This document shows positions 1 to 13,765 of a DNA stretch of 64,000 nucleotides, piece after piece (within the stretch, counting starts at the first letter, position 1; the number at the start of each line of letters is the position of its first letter). The position numbers and the translations under genes are program-made. The notes beneath the pieces are model-generated. The model was not told where the DNA came from. It saw only the letters and a list, made by a program, of their open reading frames with translations, and ran no database searches. The DNA is taken from the NCBI GenBank assembly GCA_964106645.2, contig OZ067038.1; one strand, 5' to 3'. This DNA is from Podarcis pityusensis. Taxonomy: Eukaryota.

Positions 1-2005
1 GCGTTTGCACTGTCAATAAAATAACTCTATTGCTATAAGGTTAAAATAATTTTGGTTACACCAAAACTTCCATGCTCTGCTGCCACCACTCATAACAGAT
101 TTGACACTTAACGCCCATGAAACTCTCACAGCTGTCTCAGACTCACAGTATAAATCAACATGAAATCTCTTAACTCTCATGGCTCATAGGAATATATATT
201 AATATCTTTTCATTTCCTTCATTACCTTGATGGTGCTCTTTGAGTGGAAAGAAATATATTGTTTGTATAACATATATTTCCTTTGTATAATTGAACAGCA
301 CATGTGCAAAGTTATTTTTATAGGGGCTTTTTTGTTTGTTTGTTTTTTTGCATCAAAGCCTCCAAACTGCTGTTTAAAGTTCAAGAGAACAGTTATTTTG
401 AAGTTTCCATAATTTCTCTATCTGCTGACATCCTTTTAGAGATTACTCCCTTTAGCTTTTTAATGGTACACCATTTGATAAAAGTTTCTTTTGTGCTGGT
501 TTATAAAAAGGGACCCAGTTAACTGTCTACCTCATAAAGCTGATGGGAAGTTTAATTCAGTTCTGAAAAGCACTTTAAGGCCTTTACCTATATTGTAAAC
601 ACTCTTGATTCTATCATTCCAGCGAGCCACTAGGATAGTTGCCCTCATTGAAACTATGAATGAAACCCCTCAAAGGTGGCAATGTTTGTATTACCTCACT
701 CAACTTTTTTACATATAAGTTGGGGTCAGATGTACCCACACATAAACTTCACAAGAATAGGTATATTTTCCCTTGGATTCTTAATTCATGATACTGTTAG
801 AACCCAGTTTCTGACCAATCCAAAAAGGTGTGTGCATTTACAAAGATTATATACAGTAGTTCCTTTATTAATTCACTCATCCTAAAGAGGCCAGCTGTTC
901 ATAGAACTATGTATATGCATCATTCTTGGACACAGCAGAACACTGGGCTTCGGTTAGCAGTTTCAGCCTGTTGCATCATAGAGCTACATGTGTTAGAAAA
1001 GCTGCTCTTGACGAAATTTACTTTTACTTTTCTGCATAAGCACTAAAGGCACAAAGGCTGTGCTTCATTGGACAGCTATGTATTCTACAAAAACTATTTT
1101 GTTTCATACCCCTTGTGCCTTCTTTCCAATCAAGTATCTAATAATACACAGAGATAAAGCACAATTTTAAAAAATCCTGATACAAAAAATGTTAAGGCTT
1201 CAGGGTGTTCTTAGATGTAAGTTCAAATGACTTGTGTCCCCTCACCTTTTATTATATGGATTAGGTAGAACCGCTGAATTAATGTTGATATTCATATGTA
1301 ACTTATCAATTTGACATTTGGATTCTCTTTTGTTCTTGTTTGCAAATGTTACATCTTACATGTATTGTTAAGTTACTTGTACTGGAACTAAATCATAGCA
1401 CTGAGAATGTAAAGATGTAACATGCTAAAGGGCACTTCTATCCTGTTTTTAACCTCAGCAAAATCCTTTGTGGATATCAATGATTGCAGTTATGCTCTCT
1501 TGCTCCTGAAGTCGTTTTTGCAATTTGTACTTTTGACTGAAAAGATCACGTAAAGTTTAAATTCCTATTATGTACCTAATACCTATATTTTTCCTTTCCC
1601 CCCCCTTTCTCTGACAAATTCTAAATTTAATTGCAAGTTAAGCTTCAGCAGCAATCACATGTTCATTCCTTGAAAGCCAATGGGACTTGGATTCTAGCTG
1701 AAACATATCTGTTTGAGAATCTCTATAATGCTGTAATTCTGGAAGCATCTTGCTCAGGGAAGTGCCTTTAAAATTGCGCCTTATAGCAATATGAAGCTTT
1801 GGCTCTAGATTACTTTAACACAAATCCTTACATAATGAATTAGGGAACTTAATTCAATTTGTAATTCCTTAGGCTTTCTGTTCTTGTGTCATCCTGTTTA
1901 AAGTTGTACTTTTAAAGAAAACACAGTTACTCTGAAATACTGTGCAATGTGTAATTTTTATCAAATGACATTTTATACAATAAACTTTTTAAAACTTTTA
2001 AACAT
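1..2005 (+). other. Probable 3' UTR end of an unidentified upstream gene, polyA signal AATAAA at 1979-1984
   Basis: Repeat-free AU-rich sequence with many TGTA motifs ending at AATAAA, followed by a T-rich element. No coding exon seen. Confidence 0.45.
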
Positions 2006-2337
2006 AAAGATTGGACTGGCTTTATTTTAGTTTGGACAGAGTAGTCAGAAATCTTATGTTTAAAGAGAGACCTATCTTCTGAGGTTTTGTATCAAAGGGT
2101 GCTGGGTATAGCTCTGGTATAAAAAAACCCATGTGCAATGTGGGTCATAAGTGGAGTTGAAAATAAACCAAAAATGAGGACACCCTCTAACTGATGTAAG
2201 ATAACTTTCTTAAACATGTAACTAACCAGGGTAATCTTGCACTCCACATGGAAACCTTAGGAACAATGTGTTTCAAAAACAGAATCCTGGATAGGCCACT
2301 AATGCAACATGCAATAGTTGGTCTCCACTGCTGCCTT

Positions 2338-2516
2338 ACATAAGAACATAGCAAGCTGCCTTATATTGAGTCAGACAATTGGTCCATGTAGCTCAGTACT
2401 GTCTACACTGACTGGCAACAGCTCTCCAGGATTTCACACATGGAGTTTTTCCCAGCCCTAAATGAAGATTGAACCTGGGACCTTCTGTATGCAAGACAGA
2501 TGCTCTCCCACTGAGT
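2338..2516 (-). mobile_element. tRNA-derived SINE (Squam3-like)
   Basis: Reverse complement of the copy at 55222-55415; tRNA-like head with box B (GGTTCAATC). Confidence 0.75.
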
Positions 2517-2865
2517 CCTGAAAGTGGAGCCAACTACAACTGATCTCTTATTTTTGCAAAATGTGTGTGATGTTTTTGTTAAGTTGTACTGAGTTCTGAA
2601 AAATAAAATAAAAAGAATATTAAAAAACATAATTCTTCAGCGATTATAGGCAGTGCTAATATGAAGTGGGACACTACAACTTGAAAGTCCCCTCGTTACA
2701 TTATTGTTTTTATTTTTCTAAGAGCATGCATGTATAGACTACAGCTTTCCCATAAACTCCTATTTTGCTCTTTCTTTCCTTCACCACCCTGGCACCGATG
2801 TATTAATTTTGAAAACTTCAATTTGGCAAGGTGCCTTCTGAATGACAAAAAACTAGAGTCTACAT

Positions 2866-3118
2866 CAGGGGTAAGCAACCTAAGCCCGGGGGTCCAGATG
2901 TGGCCCAATCGCCTTCTCAATCCGGCCCGTGGATGGTCTGGGAATCAGCGTGTTTTTACATGAGTAGAATGTGTCCTTTTATTTAAAATGCATCTCTGGG
3001 TTATTTGTGGGGCATAGGAATTTGTTCTTTTTTTTTCTTTTCAAAATATGGTCCGGCCTACCACATGGTCTGAGGGACGGTGGACCGGCCCACAGCTGGA
3101 AAAGACTGCTGACCCCTG
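2866..3118. mobile_element. hAT-type non-autonomous DNA transposon (MITE)
   Basis: TIRs CAGGGGT...ACCCCTG; 8-bp TSD gtctacat/gtctagat; homologous copies at 16167 and 61438. Confidence 0.9.
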
Positions 3119-5688
3119 GTCTAGATATTACTTTTAATATCTATTTTGGTGCACTCCAGAGTTTAGAGACACTACTTTTATGGACAGTCCCCACAATGAT
3201 GTGTTAGAGAAGCGCAACAATACAATATAGACATCCTCCTCCTTACCTGCACATGGGATTTGATGCTATAATGCATTGTTATATATGACTATGTTGTTTA
3301 GATGTGTTTATGAATATGTGTTGTGATGCTATTTGTTTCTTATAATAATAGATTTTAAAAGTAAAATCTGTCTAGGCAAAAGGAAACCTTTCATTCTCAA
3401 TACTACAAATCTATGAATTTTCCTATATTCTCTATAATGTTGGTTGTATTCCAGAATATAATGCATACTGCTACTTTTCTAATATCAATCCTGCTGATTT
3501 TTATCCTTCCTTAACCCTATATTAGTGTTCCAGATTTGAACATATTCACATCTTGTGTTCATTATTTGAGGTCCTTCTCCAGGTCCTTCCTCTCTAAGAA
3601 AATTTCTGAAGCTGGCAAAAAGGGGGAGATCCTTTCCAGCTGTGGCCCGAGGTTCACCTGATGCTGACATCAACATCTTTTGGACACCAGGTTAAGCTTA
3701 CTGCTGCTTCAGTGATATATTCTGGGAGGCACAGGTGTAGGCTTGGGAAGTCACCTGGCATGCATTACCTGTAACTAAAGGAGTGCTGAACCCGTTGTTA
3801 ACATCTCTGTTGAGTCACTAAACTTTAGTGGACCACCTCAATATTATTGAACACTTGGTGCTAATGCTTTGTTTTATCACTATAGAAGGGTAAACCATTA
3901 TTACTGGATACGTTAGCTACCTAGCAACTTGTGATTGGGTATTGTGACACAGGAACATTTAAAGCAGTGGTGGCTAGCCTGTGGTCCTCCGGCCTACACA
4001 CATCATCTATGCTGGGTGGGGCTGATGAGAGGTGGAGTCCACCACTTCGTGCAGAACTACAGGTTAGCCACCCCTATTTTAACAGGTTAACCATCATGCT
4101 TGTCTGCATATGTGATAATGCTAATTTCAGAGATGTAAGGAACATGCATCTGCTCTGAATTTCCAGTAGCAGCATCTGTGGATAGGGACAGTGATAAGAA
4201 ATGTACCTAGAAGAATTGCAGCAATGCTTCTTGGTTGAACTTTTTGAAAGGAAAGGAAAGCCCTTATTGTACAAGCAGCTGGTAGTGGAACTAAGCTAAT
4301 AAACATTGCTAGATCTTATTGCTGTCCTTTTTAAAAGATATAATTTCCTATATTTTATTGGCACAAATATTTTAAAATATTTGGAAATACATAATGAGAT
4401 GTCAGTTCTATTACTGAGAATAAAACTTCATCAACTGGAGTAAATTACACAAAAGTCAAAATGTTTCAAACTGGAAAGTGTTATTATTCATACTCACATT
4501 CCAGGAGCTGAGGTGCTTCCTTAAAAAAGAAAAAAGTTAAGAATTATAGCAAATTATGTCAAAAGTGTTTTCTTTTCTGTCCTGATATAATAGATCTCAG
4601 GGTGTTTTGCCTTTACATCATTTGCTTTCCAATTTGAATTAAAGCTATTATGCCAAGTGGGTGAGACCCTGGCATTAAACAGTGTGCTGTTTAATATTCA
4701 GAGTTTACATCCAGTCTGTGTGGAATGAATGGAGCGGAGGTTTGTCCTAATCACGTCCGGGTTAGTATGGCAATTCCTATTAAAGGATCCATCTACTACA
4801 GACAGAATTTTATTATAGCACGTTCAGCAGAAGGAACATCCTGGCACCTGCATCTGAATTGCCATGGAGAGACACTCACTACTTTGTGCCTCTTAATGCT
4901 CTTTATAGTACTGGAAGCTTACATGATAAAAAGGGGTTTATTTTAGAAGACAAGGCTTTTAGTGTTGCAGTAAATTCTCATACACAGGATTAGTCTGATG
5001 GGCTCATTATTGTAACTTACAGTCATTTATTTATGCTCAGGAGTGAAGAAGCAGGAAAGTGAAATTACACACATCATTAATACTTTCCAAAGCTTGTCTA
5101 ATGTCTGCTATTACTTCCTTTTCTACTTTAATGCTGCTCAATGTTTTCTCTCTCAAGACAGCCAGAGAGCACTAATAATCCCATTAAGTAGGTTACCTTT
5201 CCGTCATTAGCTATATGGGGTCTCTTCTTCCCAAATATGAAGTGATCTGCATATTGTCCTCAGTCTCAATTTGCCTAATACACAGTTCAGAATCTTTAAC
5301 ATAAATCTGCACAATCTGCATATGTTTATATTATTTTTCATCTTTCCTTCAAGGAACTGAAGGTGGCAAAAATACCCCCCTCCTTTAACCTCACAAAAAT
5401 CCTGTGACATACACAACACTAATGACTAGCCCAAGATCACCTAGTGAGGTTCTTGGCTGGCAGAATTTGAAAATGGGTCTCCCCAGTGCTAATCTGACAC
5501 TCTAGTTAATGTGGTCACTATTAGTGATGTAGTAACAGGGGGACTGAATTGCTATGATCAATATTTATAGCCTGCAGCCATAGGCCATTGCCAGTACAAT
5601 GAGATACACAAACATAAAAGATAAGGAAATGAAATTTCTACTTAAAATTAAAATTACCTTAAAGCTTATTTGTGTTGCTCTTAATTGT

Positions 5689-5929
5689 AAAGGTAAAGGT
5701 AAAGGGATCCCTGACCATTAGGTCCAGTCATGGCCGACTCTGGGGTTGCGGTGCTCATCTCGCTTTATTGGCCAAGGGAGCCGGCGTACAGGTCATGTGG
5801 CCAGCATGACTAAGCCGCTTCTGGCAAACCAGAGCAGCGCACGGAAATGCCGTTTACCTTCCCGCCGGAGCGGTTCCTATTTATCTACTTGCACTCTGAC
5901 AGGCTTTCGAACTGCTAGGTTGGCAGGAG
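5689..5929 (-). mobile_element. Sauria SINE (partial)
   Basis: (AAAGGT)n tail on the + strand and the characteristic body; related copies at 19385 and 21878. Confidence 0.85.
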
Positions 5930-7399
5930 GCTCTTAATTGTACTTTGCTCAAATTAACAAGTCACTGTTGCAAACCACTGACATTTGGTTCAAAATTATT
6001 GCCATCACTCATGTTCTTGCTTCCACTGCTTCACATGACCGGGTGCAGGGGCACTAGATGGGTATTTGAGGTCTCTGACACTGTTTTGCTCATGTGGACT
6101 GTGTACACACTTCCATGCTTGGAATAAAGCTCCCTTCACTCACCCACATGCATCACAGTAGCTTGGACTAGATGACACTCGAGGTCACTTCCTACTCTAC
6201 AATTCTGTGACTCTATGCCTTGTGTATATTGGTATGGTTTCTTGGCATGAATGCTGTGGAAGTGCTGGCTGCAAGTATGCAGGCTGGAGAAGGGGCTGCA
6301 ATGTGTGCATGCGTTTGTTTACAGTGTCGTGTTTTGGCACGCTCATTTGTGTGTGTGTGTCTGTGACTGGCCATGCATGGGGTGGCAGAAAATGTGCCAG
6401 GATTGGGTGGTGGTGTTGCTATGGATGCAATGAGTGTCCATTATCTTCACTGAGCTTGGGCAGTTTCTGTAGTCCCTCCTAGCCACCACTGTGTGGGATA
6501 TGGATCAAGAGTTTTTATGCCAGCAGATTGCAGCAGCCATGCAACATGGCAGATTCCTATAATTTAGTTTGCTCTACTGGGCTGATAATATTTACTCCTG
6601 TTCACTTCCTGGATAAAGGTTTTTTTTGTTTAAGTTGTTCACAAACAGGTATAGAAATAGCTGGACACGTGCCCAGAACAAAAAAAAAGTCCTGGAAACT
6701 GAGGAAAGGGACAGAAAAACAGCCCAAATACCTTCAAATTCATTAATAAGGAAAACAGATAGACAAGGCAGCGTAACGGAAACATACCAACTCATTCTAC
6801 AAAGCTCAGCTAGCAGCAGAACAGCAATGAATAAAGGAAATGTGTAGAGGCTAACATGCCAAAAATGCACACAGGAAAAATTGGACTTGATGACCTGTTT
6901 GCAATATAAGGTCCCTGTCTGGAAATCCACTATGTTCCTTAAATGTACCCTGAAACGGGGAATATTATTTTTAGCGAACTACATACACTTTGTTTCATGG
7001 GGCTTCATGTAAACCACACTGAGGATTCAAAGCACAGTCTTCATAAGATTATATAAGAGAAAAGGTTGAAGGAAAGCCTTCCAACTCCCTGCACATCTCT
7101 TGGAAAAGGAAGAGAACCAGCAGCATCCAAACCTAGCCCAAGCAGCATCTTAGTTAGGAGAAAAAAGGCTGAAAATTCTGTAACAGCAGGGGGAAGCTGA
7201 TGCCGGTCCTTTTCTCCATTCTCCTCTGTATATATCGTTAAAAACAAGAAGTTGAGAGTAGCAGGTATATATTAACCAGCTGTATCTCCGTTTCTTGTTT
7301 GCGGCACAGTTTACATCAGTATCTCTCTAGATCGATAGTTTTAATGGACCTATGAAAGGAAGTCGCCAACAACATTACCAATATGCAGGCCTGATACAC

Positions 7400-8140
7400 A
7401 AAACTTACTTAAGCAAGACATTTTGTCCGCATTCCTGGGACTCCAAGCTGGCGCCTAATGGACTGCGAAAAGGAACAGCCGCAAAGCGACCCATTCCGCC
7501 CTAGTACAACCGCTTGAAGTGCTGGCTCTGAACAACAACTTTTTCCAAGCCTGCTGACTAAGCAAAAAGTTAGCATGTTGAAGTTATATATTTTCCAAGC
7601 CACCTATCTACCCTCTTGCTTCGATCCGTCTACGCTGAAGAGTGTAAACAACTTGCCTGCACAGGTGTGTGGGGCCTAAGGCCGAGGCAGCCAGTTGCAT
7701 GCTGGGAGACGTAGTATTTTCTCACGAAAGGAACTCAGCAGCGAGGAAGCTGCCGCACTACACTACCCAGAATTCCTCTGCGAAGAGAGGTGTGAGGCAC
7801 CGCCCTTTGCCTACCTGAGCGCAGGTTGTGGGTTCCCATGGCAACAGGGAAGAGGGTTAGTTATGAAGACGCTTCCTTGTCCCCTCAGCTGCTAAAATTG
7901 TTATCTTCGCTCAAGAGGGTTTTTTGGGGGTGCAACTGGGCCATGACTTCTTGAGTTAGAGGTTGGTGTTGCTTCTTTTATTCATTGGAGTCTCGCGTGC
8001 TGGGTCTTCTCTGTACTAGGCCAGGAAGAGAGAAACACGCACGTGTCATGATGGTGATAAAAAAAAAAGGCTTTCTTCTTCTTAAGGCCTCCAAGAGTGG
8101 AGCTTAGGCAACGTGAGACTATTACTGTGGGAGAGGTAAC
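7400..8140 (+). promoter_or_regulatory. CpG-enriched promoter region, probable SIGIRR TSS/first non-coding exon
   Basis: Local CpG excess. Two ZNF143/Staf-type motifs (7697-7715 on -, 7757-7776 on +), RFX X-box GTTCCCATGGCAAC at 7832-7845, CACGTG at ~8040, possible donor GAG|GTAAC at ~8136. Confidence 0.6.
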
Positions 8141-11100
8141 AGCTTCTGGCTGTGCCTTCGTTCAGTACAAAAGCCGTATGTTGGGACATACAGTGAAAAT
8201 GGGATTGCTGCCTTTAGTAAAGATTAATCGTTCTTCCTTTTTGTAACACAATTTTAGCGTTATTTTGCAGGTATTCCTCAGCAGTGATTATGATTGCCCA
8301 TGTTAGGAATTGAGGTTGAAGTTAAATTTGCAGCTTGAAATTGGTGTAGAAGTAGTCCCCACAGTAGGACCTTGGGGCAAAGTGTGTGGTTTGGAGGTTT
8401 GCCTAGCGTTGTGTTGAGATAATAATCCATATTTTTAATTGAAAAAGGCTTGGGACACCTAAACAAAACATGAACTCCCCTAACTAAAAGACCTATAGCT
8501 TGATCCTGTTTCAGGATCCTGTTTCAGGAAGTCATTAGTGCAAAGTTGAATGGGGCTTACTCCTAAGGAAGTCAACATAGGAATACAGGCTTTGGATTAA
8601 ATTGTATGCATACAATTTGTGCATACAATGCATACAAACAGTAGGACTTGCTGCTTTTGAGTAAACAGGCATAAGATCTACTGAGGTGGGGTGGGGAACA
8701 GGAACTTAACATTTCCGTCTTAAAACCATTTAAGCAAGTCAAATTGATTTTAGTGATCCAGGCAACAGTATTTACGACTACACCACATATTCAGTTTTCT
8801 TATTTTAATTTGTGTTCATTAAAAAAGTGTAGGCGCACAATCTAGCCAATGTTTGAGACGTTTTTAACAACACAAACTTACACATATACTCAGAAGCAAG
8901 TAACTTTGCTCAGTGGGGCTTAATTCCTGGTAAGTGCACAGATGATTGCAGCTAGGACCTCCTTATACTTGGTGGGACAGTGCTGAGTATACACTTAGGC
9001 TTGCCACATGAACCCTTTGTTCCTTATTGAAACTAATGGGACTCAGAAGTGCTTAACTTTGGCTGGGTGTGATTAGTTATTTGTTAGATGACTATACTGT
9101 TGCTTCTGAGCTTTAAAAAAATCCTAAAATAGAATATGATCACTAGATCATATTGGATATCTTGGACATTTTATACAGAAGCTGTTGTTGTAAAACTGAA
9201 TTTTAATTTATTAGCTACAAAATGAATAATTGGAAGGAAGTGGACATGTTTGGAAGATGATTGATTGCTGGGGATACTGTGGAGCTGAAATTGTACGGCT
9301 TGGTTTCTAGGGCAACAGGTTTCTCTGCAGCTGTTCAAAAAAGAATGAAGCCATGCGTAAGGGAGAAGTCTATAATCTGTTGGTAAGATTCTACCCTAAT
9401 TTCATGAGTGCTTTGGACTGTCCAGGCAAATTAAAGCAACATTTGTTAAGAATTCAAAATACATTATAACTAATAAGCTATGCAACCCTATGCTCCAGCT
9501 TGTAAGGCTTGTACTCTACCATCAAGCTGCTTTTCAGATGTGGTTAGTTAGACTGAATATTGCTCTTCCCATTGCACTAAATGAGAAACAGTATTAAGAA
9601 CAAAAACCTGATCTTGTTGTCTCCCGTGGAAGGCAAATAGGAATCACAAGGAGTACCATGCCGGGTCATAATTGTGCAGCAATTATAGCATCAGTGCAGT
9701 GCAGCAAAATACTCAGGATATACCAACACAACACACTGCAGTTGCTCTGTGTGAGGTCTTGCAAAAGTCAGATATGTGGAGTGTGGAGGAGTGTGATGCC
9801 ACTCTGCAAAATCCTTGAATCGGGAGACCTCCCGCCGTAGTACTGTTACCAGTGTTGTGACCACAAACCATATAAATTAGCCAAATGTGACCATTACTGT
9901 AAAGCGCTTTGCATGTTGAAAGTACTATGTAAATTATAAATAAATAATTTAAAAATGAATATTGGATGCCAGAGCCTGTAATTCAGAGCCTTCCTAGGGC
10001 ATAGGCAAAGACACCAGTTGTGCAGTGATAAAACTGGAAACTGCCACATGCTCCATCTCATACTAGTACCCATGCCCATGGGCAACACAGAGCAGATGGG
10101 ACAGAGGAAAGCGAACAGGAAATGCAGTGGATGGAACCCCAAACAGTGGGTGTCTGCTTTGTAAATGTTGCCCTACTTGGAGCACAGCAATTCTGTTCAA
10201 GGCCTGTTCAAGAGCTGGTGTGCCTCAGGTGATAGTGCCTGTGGTATCTGAGAGGATGGTGAAAGAAATGTGTGCATGAGTAGAATTTTGTAGTAAAAGC
10301 CACGTGTCTGCAAGACAAGAGTTGTGTGGTAATACTTGATATACAGTATTTCCTGTTTGTGAGCATTCTCGCCCTGTGTGTGAAGGGTGATATGCAAATG
10401 CCATAAACAAAGGGCTGTAATGTGTCAGCTATTTAGTTTAGTATTATATTGTTACCACCATTGTATGGCTTTGTCATTTGCATTTTCTGTTCTTGGAAAA
10501 TGTATTAAGCCATTTTTGTCTCTTTTGGAAGTTACTTGACATAGATCAGGTACCTCTTACTGTTACATACTAAAAACTTGCCTGCCATTCATATAGTCAT
10601 TGTGCTTAAGGATTACTTGCTTATATGAGATAGCAGCTTTGATCAGGTAATGATTCTGAATACAACTTTGGGGAGCCTATTGGTTATTCCATGTTTCATG
10701 TTTAGGTTTCTGAAAGCTTCTCTGTGATTGGAGAGTTGTTCCTCTTTTATGTATTTTCTTTCACAACTGAACTGTATATCCGCTGCACTTCATGATCAGA
10801 ATTATGAGTAGCCCTGAGTGTGTATTTTATCCTACATTAAAAAAGAAAACAGCAGCACATCTTTTACAGATTAAAAAAGAGAATTCAGCTCTACTAGTAT
10901 TGTTTTTCAGTTCTGTAACAGAACTTACACACATGGTGTAGCTGTCAGGTTTGGTCTTGTCTTGAGATCTAACATTTTCCCTTTGCATGAAAGCAGGCCT
11001 CCTTGGTGTATTTTCCTTGTTTACTCCTTAGGGGGGTTCTTGTTTACTCCTTGGGGCATTTTCTTGTTTATAGTCCACAGCAGTCTTTGCCAGGATCCAG

Positions 11101-13419
11101 GATAACCGGCTGGCTTAGTGCCACAGAGCGGCAATCCTCACAGCTGCAGAGCTTTTGAGCAACCTGCCTCCTGGCTCTTTACTGAGCAAACTCTTGGTCG
11201 GCTGTTTTGCTGCCAACACGCTGGGTGGGTTTGTTGATTTTAAGAGTCCAGGTTTCATTTTCTCCTTGTATGCAGGTGGAAAGGTGGGTGGAGCAATGAT
11301 AGCAGGTGGGAGGAACTGGCTGTCCCGAGTGCAGGCCTGGAAGATTGTGATTGGGGGTGGAGAATAGAACAAGTCATTTAAGGAGGACATGGAATGAACA
11401 GCAACAAAAAAGCAGAGGGAGATACTTAACTGGCAAAGCCAGTCTGTTGGCCAGTCATGTGATTAACATGGCTACGATCAGGGAGTGTACAGCAAGGACA
11501 CACAAGGAGTCTCAGGATTTGAAGGTGGCTGCCTGAATCTCAAAGAGGGAAGTCCATAAAGGTAATTATTTCCCCTGTGCTTTTCCATTTTGTAGGATGC
11601 TGCTTGTGAATAAGCTAAAATGACTGTGAAATTGCTCTCTCTTCTGCCTGTGCCATCTGTGCTCTTGGCTTTCTGCCTTGCCACAAGGAGTGAGCAGGAA
11701 AGGACAGCAGCTTTACAAGGTGAGACGAAAAGAAAAAGTTGTCCTGGTGTTGGTCTGTGTCTTTTATGAATATATGTAGGCTTGTGGTGCTTAGCAATTA
11801 AGGCAGTCTGACCCACTGTTTTTTCTTCCCTGTGCCCTTCTTGCTTGACCTGATTAGGCCTCCTGCCTTTGCAGTCACTTGTGCTTCAACCACTAAGCTC
11901 TCTTCTGTGTTTGGATCTCTCTTTTTGGAAGAGACACACTTTATTTATGAGACAATATGAGTGTTTTGAGGGAAGATTTGAAACTTCTTACATGGCAGGC
12001 CTATTTCCATTATTGTTTCTGTTTGGCACAGTGGGCTTTCCTAGGCCTTGCTTCCCAATTTGAGATTATTTTTCCATTGTTGTTTTATGGTCAGTGAGAT
12101 TTGTGTGCGTACGTTTGTATTTAACACTTGCTATCTGATCATAGGGGTGTCCTATGTTTTCCATTTGTTCTTGAGACCTCATTGAATTCCATTTTCCCAT
12201 GACACACATTGCCAGGTTCCTGTAGGCTTCACATCAGCTCACTGATGCTTGATATGGCTGGCTTCTGTCCTGTGAGGGCTTTTCAGTAGTCAACATTTGT
12301 CTATCCATCATTCTCTTTGCCTTCTGCTTAACATTTGCTGTAGGGGTGCATGGAGCTTTAGGAGAGAATGAATAGTGCATACACTGTTAATCTGACCTAT
12401 ACAATCCAGTCTTACTCTGGCCTCTGCCCATGCTGGCCCTGCAGCCAGTGGCAAAGCATACAGGAACTTGGGAGAAAAAAATGGGCTATTCTTCTCTGGG
12501 AACAGAGGATGCTGCCTAGTCAGTTGCATTCTAAGGGGTGGCTTAGTACAGCAACATAGTCATCCTATTGGCTGATCAAATCCTAAGTTTATTTGCTGAC
12601 CAGCTATATGGTGTTTATTTGTTTTCTGTTTTTCATTTGCATTACTGTTGGCTGCCTTGGACATATGTAGAAGGAAGTGGAATACAGTTTTTTAAAAAGA
12701 AATTAATTAGTAGTGGCCAACTTGTAGGGATCTTCAAAATATGTGAGTGTGCTACTCTATATTGCATTACAGTACCTGTGCAAACCTGTGTGTGTTAGGC
12801 TACTAGTGGCTTTCTCTCTAGTCTTCTAATCTCAGGAGTAGGTGTCATTGCAGTGCTGAAGAGACAGGCAAGAATATACATTTGATTTTGCCTTAGTCGG
12901 GCCTATAAATCCTCAGCTTCTAGTCCAGAAGTGCCATAGACTCATTCTGCCTTTGCCACTGTGATGTTTGTGCCACAGCTGGATACTATGGGGTTAAATT
13001 TAGTATGTGGTGGGGCAATGAAACACTAGGTTAGCCATACATGGAACTGACACATTTATTCCCATTATTAGTGCTTTCAAATGACCATATAAATAAATAG
13101 TTGAACTGTCGTTCTAGGAAGTGAGCAGATTTATCTCTGGAGTGTCGCAGATATCTGCATACAAGATTTTTACTTCCTTATGATTTATTTTTGATGTGGC
13201 TCACAAAATGATCAGGCAGTGCACGATGAAGAAACTCTACTGTGCTCCTTCTAGATTTAACTTGCTATCCCTATGTATTGGTAAAATAGCTTTGTTAGTA
13301 CAGAGATGAAGTACTCTTTCATAACACATCCTACTACAAAGGTAAGGATGCTAACATTTCCATTTCCATCGAGTGACAATGGGGACACAACCTGCATCTC
13401 TTAAGTCGTATGCTTAAAT

Positions 13420-13765
13420 AGGGTTGTGTTGGTATCCGTCTGTCTTGGGAGACAATAGATGAGTGTGCCTTTTGGAGTGAAGTCAAGCTGTTGGAGAGTT
13501 ACAGTGGTTCCAGAGACATATACAGGAGACATATGTTTTCTTGCAGGTGGAGCAGAAGAAGGCATCTGGTTTTGTTGCTAAAGTTACACCATGGTGTTTC
13601 TTCTCTCTTTGCTCATACCAGTGGTCATTCCTCTCGTTACTGACTGACTGTCTCCAGACACTGTGATTGCCTGCAAAGAGTTCCCACATGGTGGGGTTAA
13701 TGTTGCCAGCCTTCATATCACACTTGCAGACATCTTTGTAACACAGTCTGCCAACAGACCTAGTT
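13420..13765 (-). mobile_element. RTE-clade LINE 3' fragment
   Basis: Degenerate KDVCK.DMKAGNI...WE...WR and a C-terminal CxxC zinc-finger-like motif (FFCSTCKK). Confidence 0.7.

Noticed and set aside
11115-11816. Cluster of 60-112 aa ORFs on both strands, possibly a nested gene
   Set aside because: No recognisable domain and no consistent exon chain; lengths are expected by chance.
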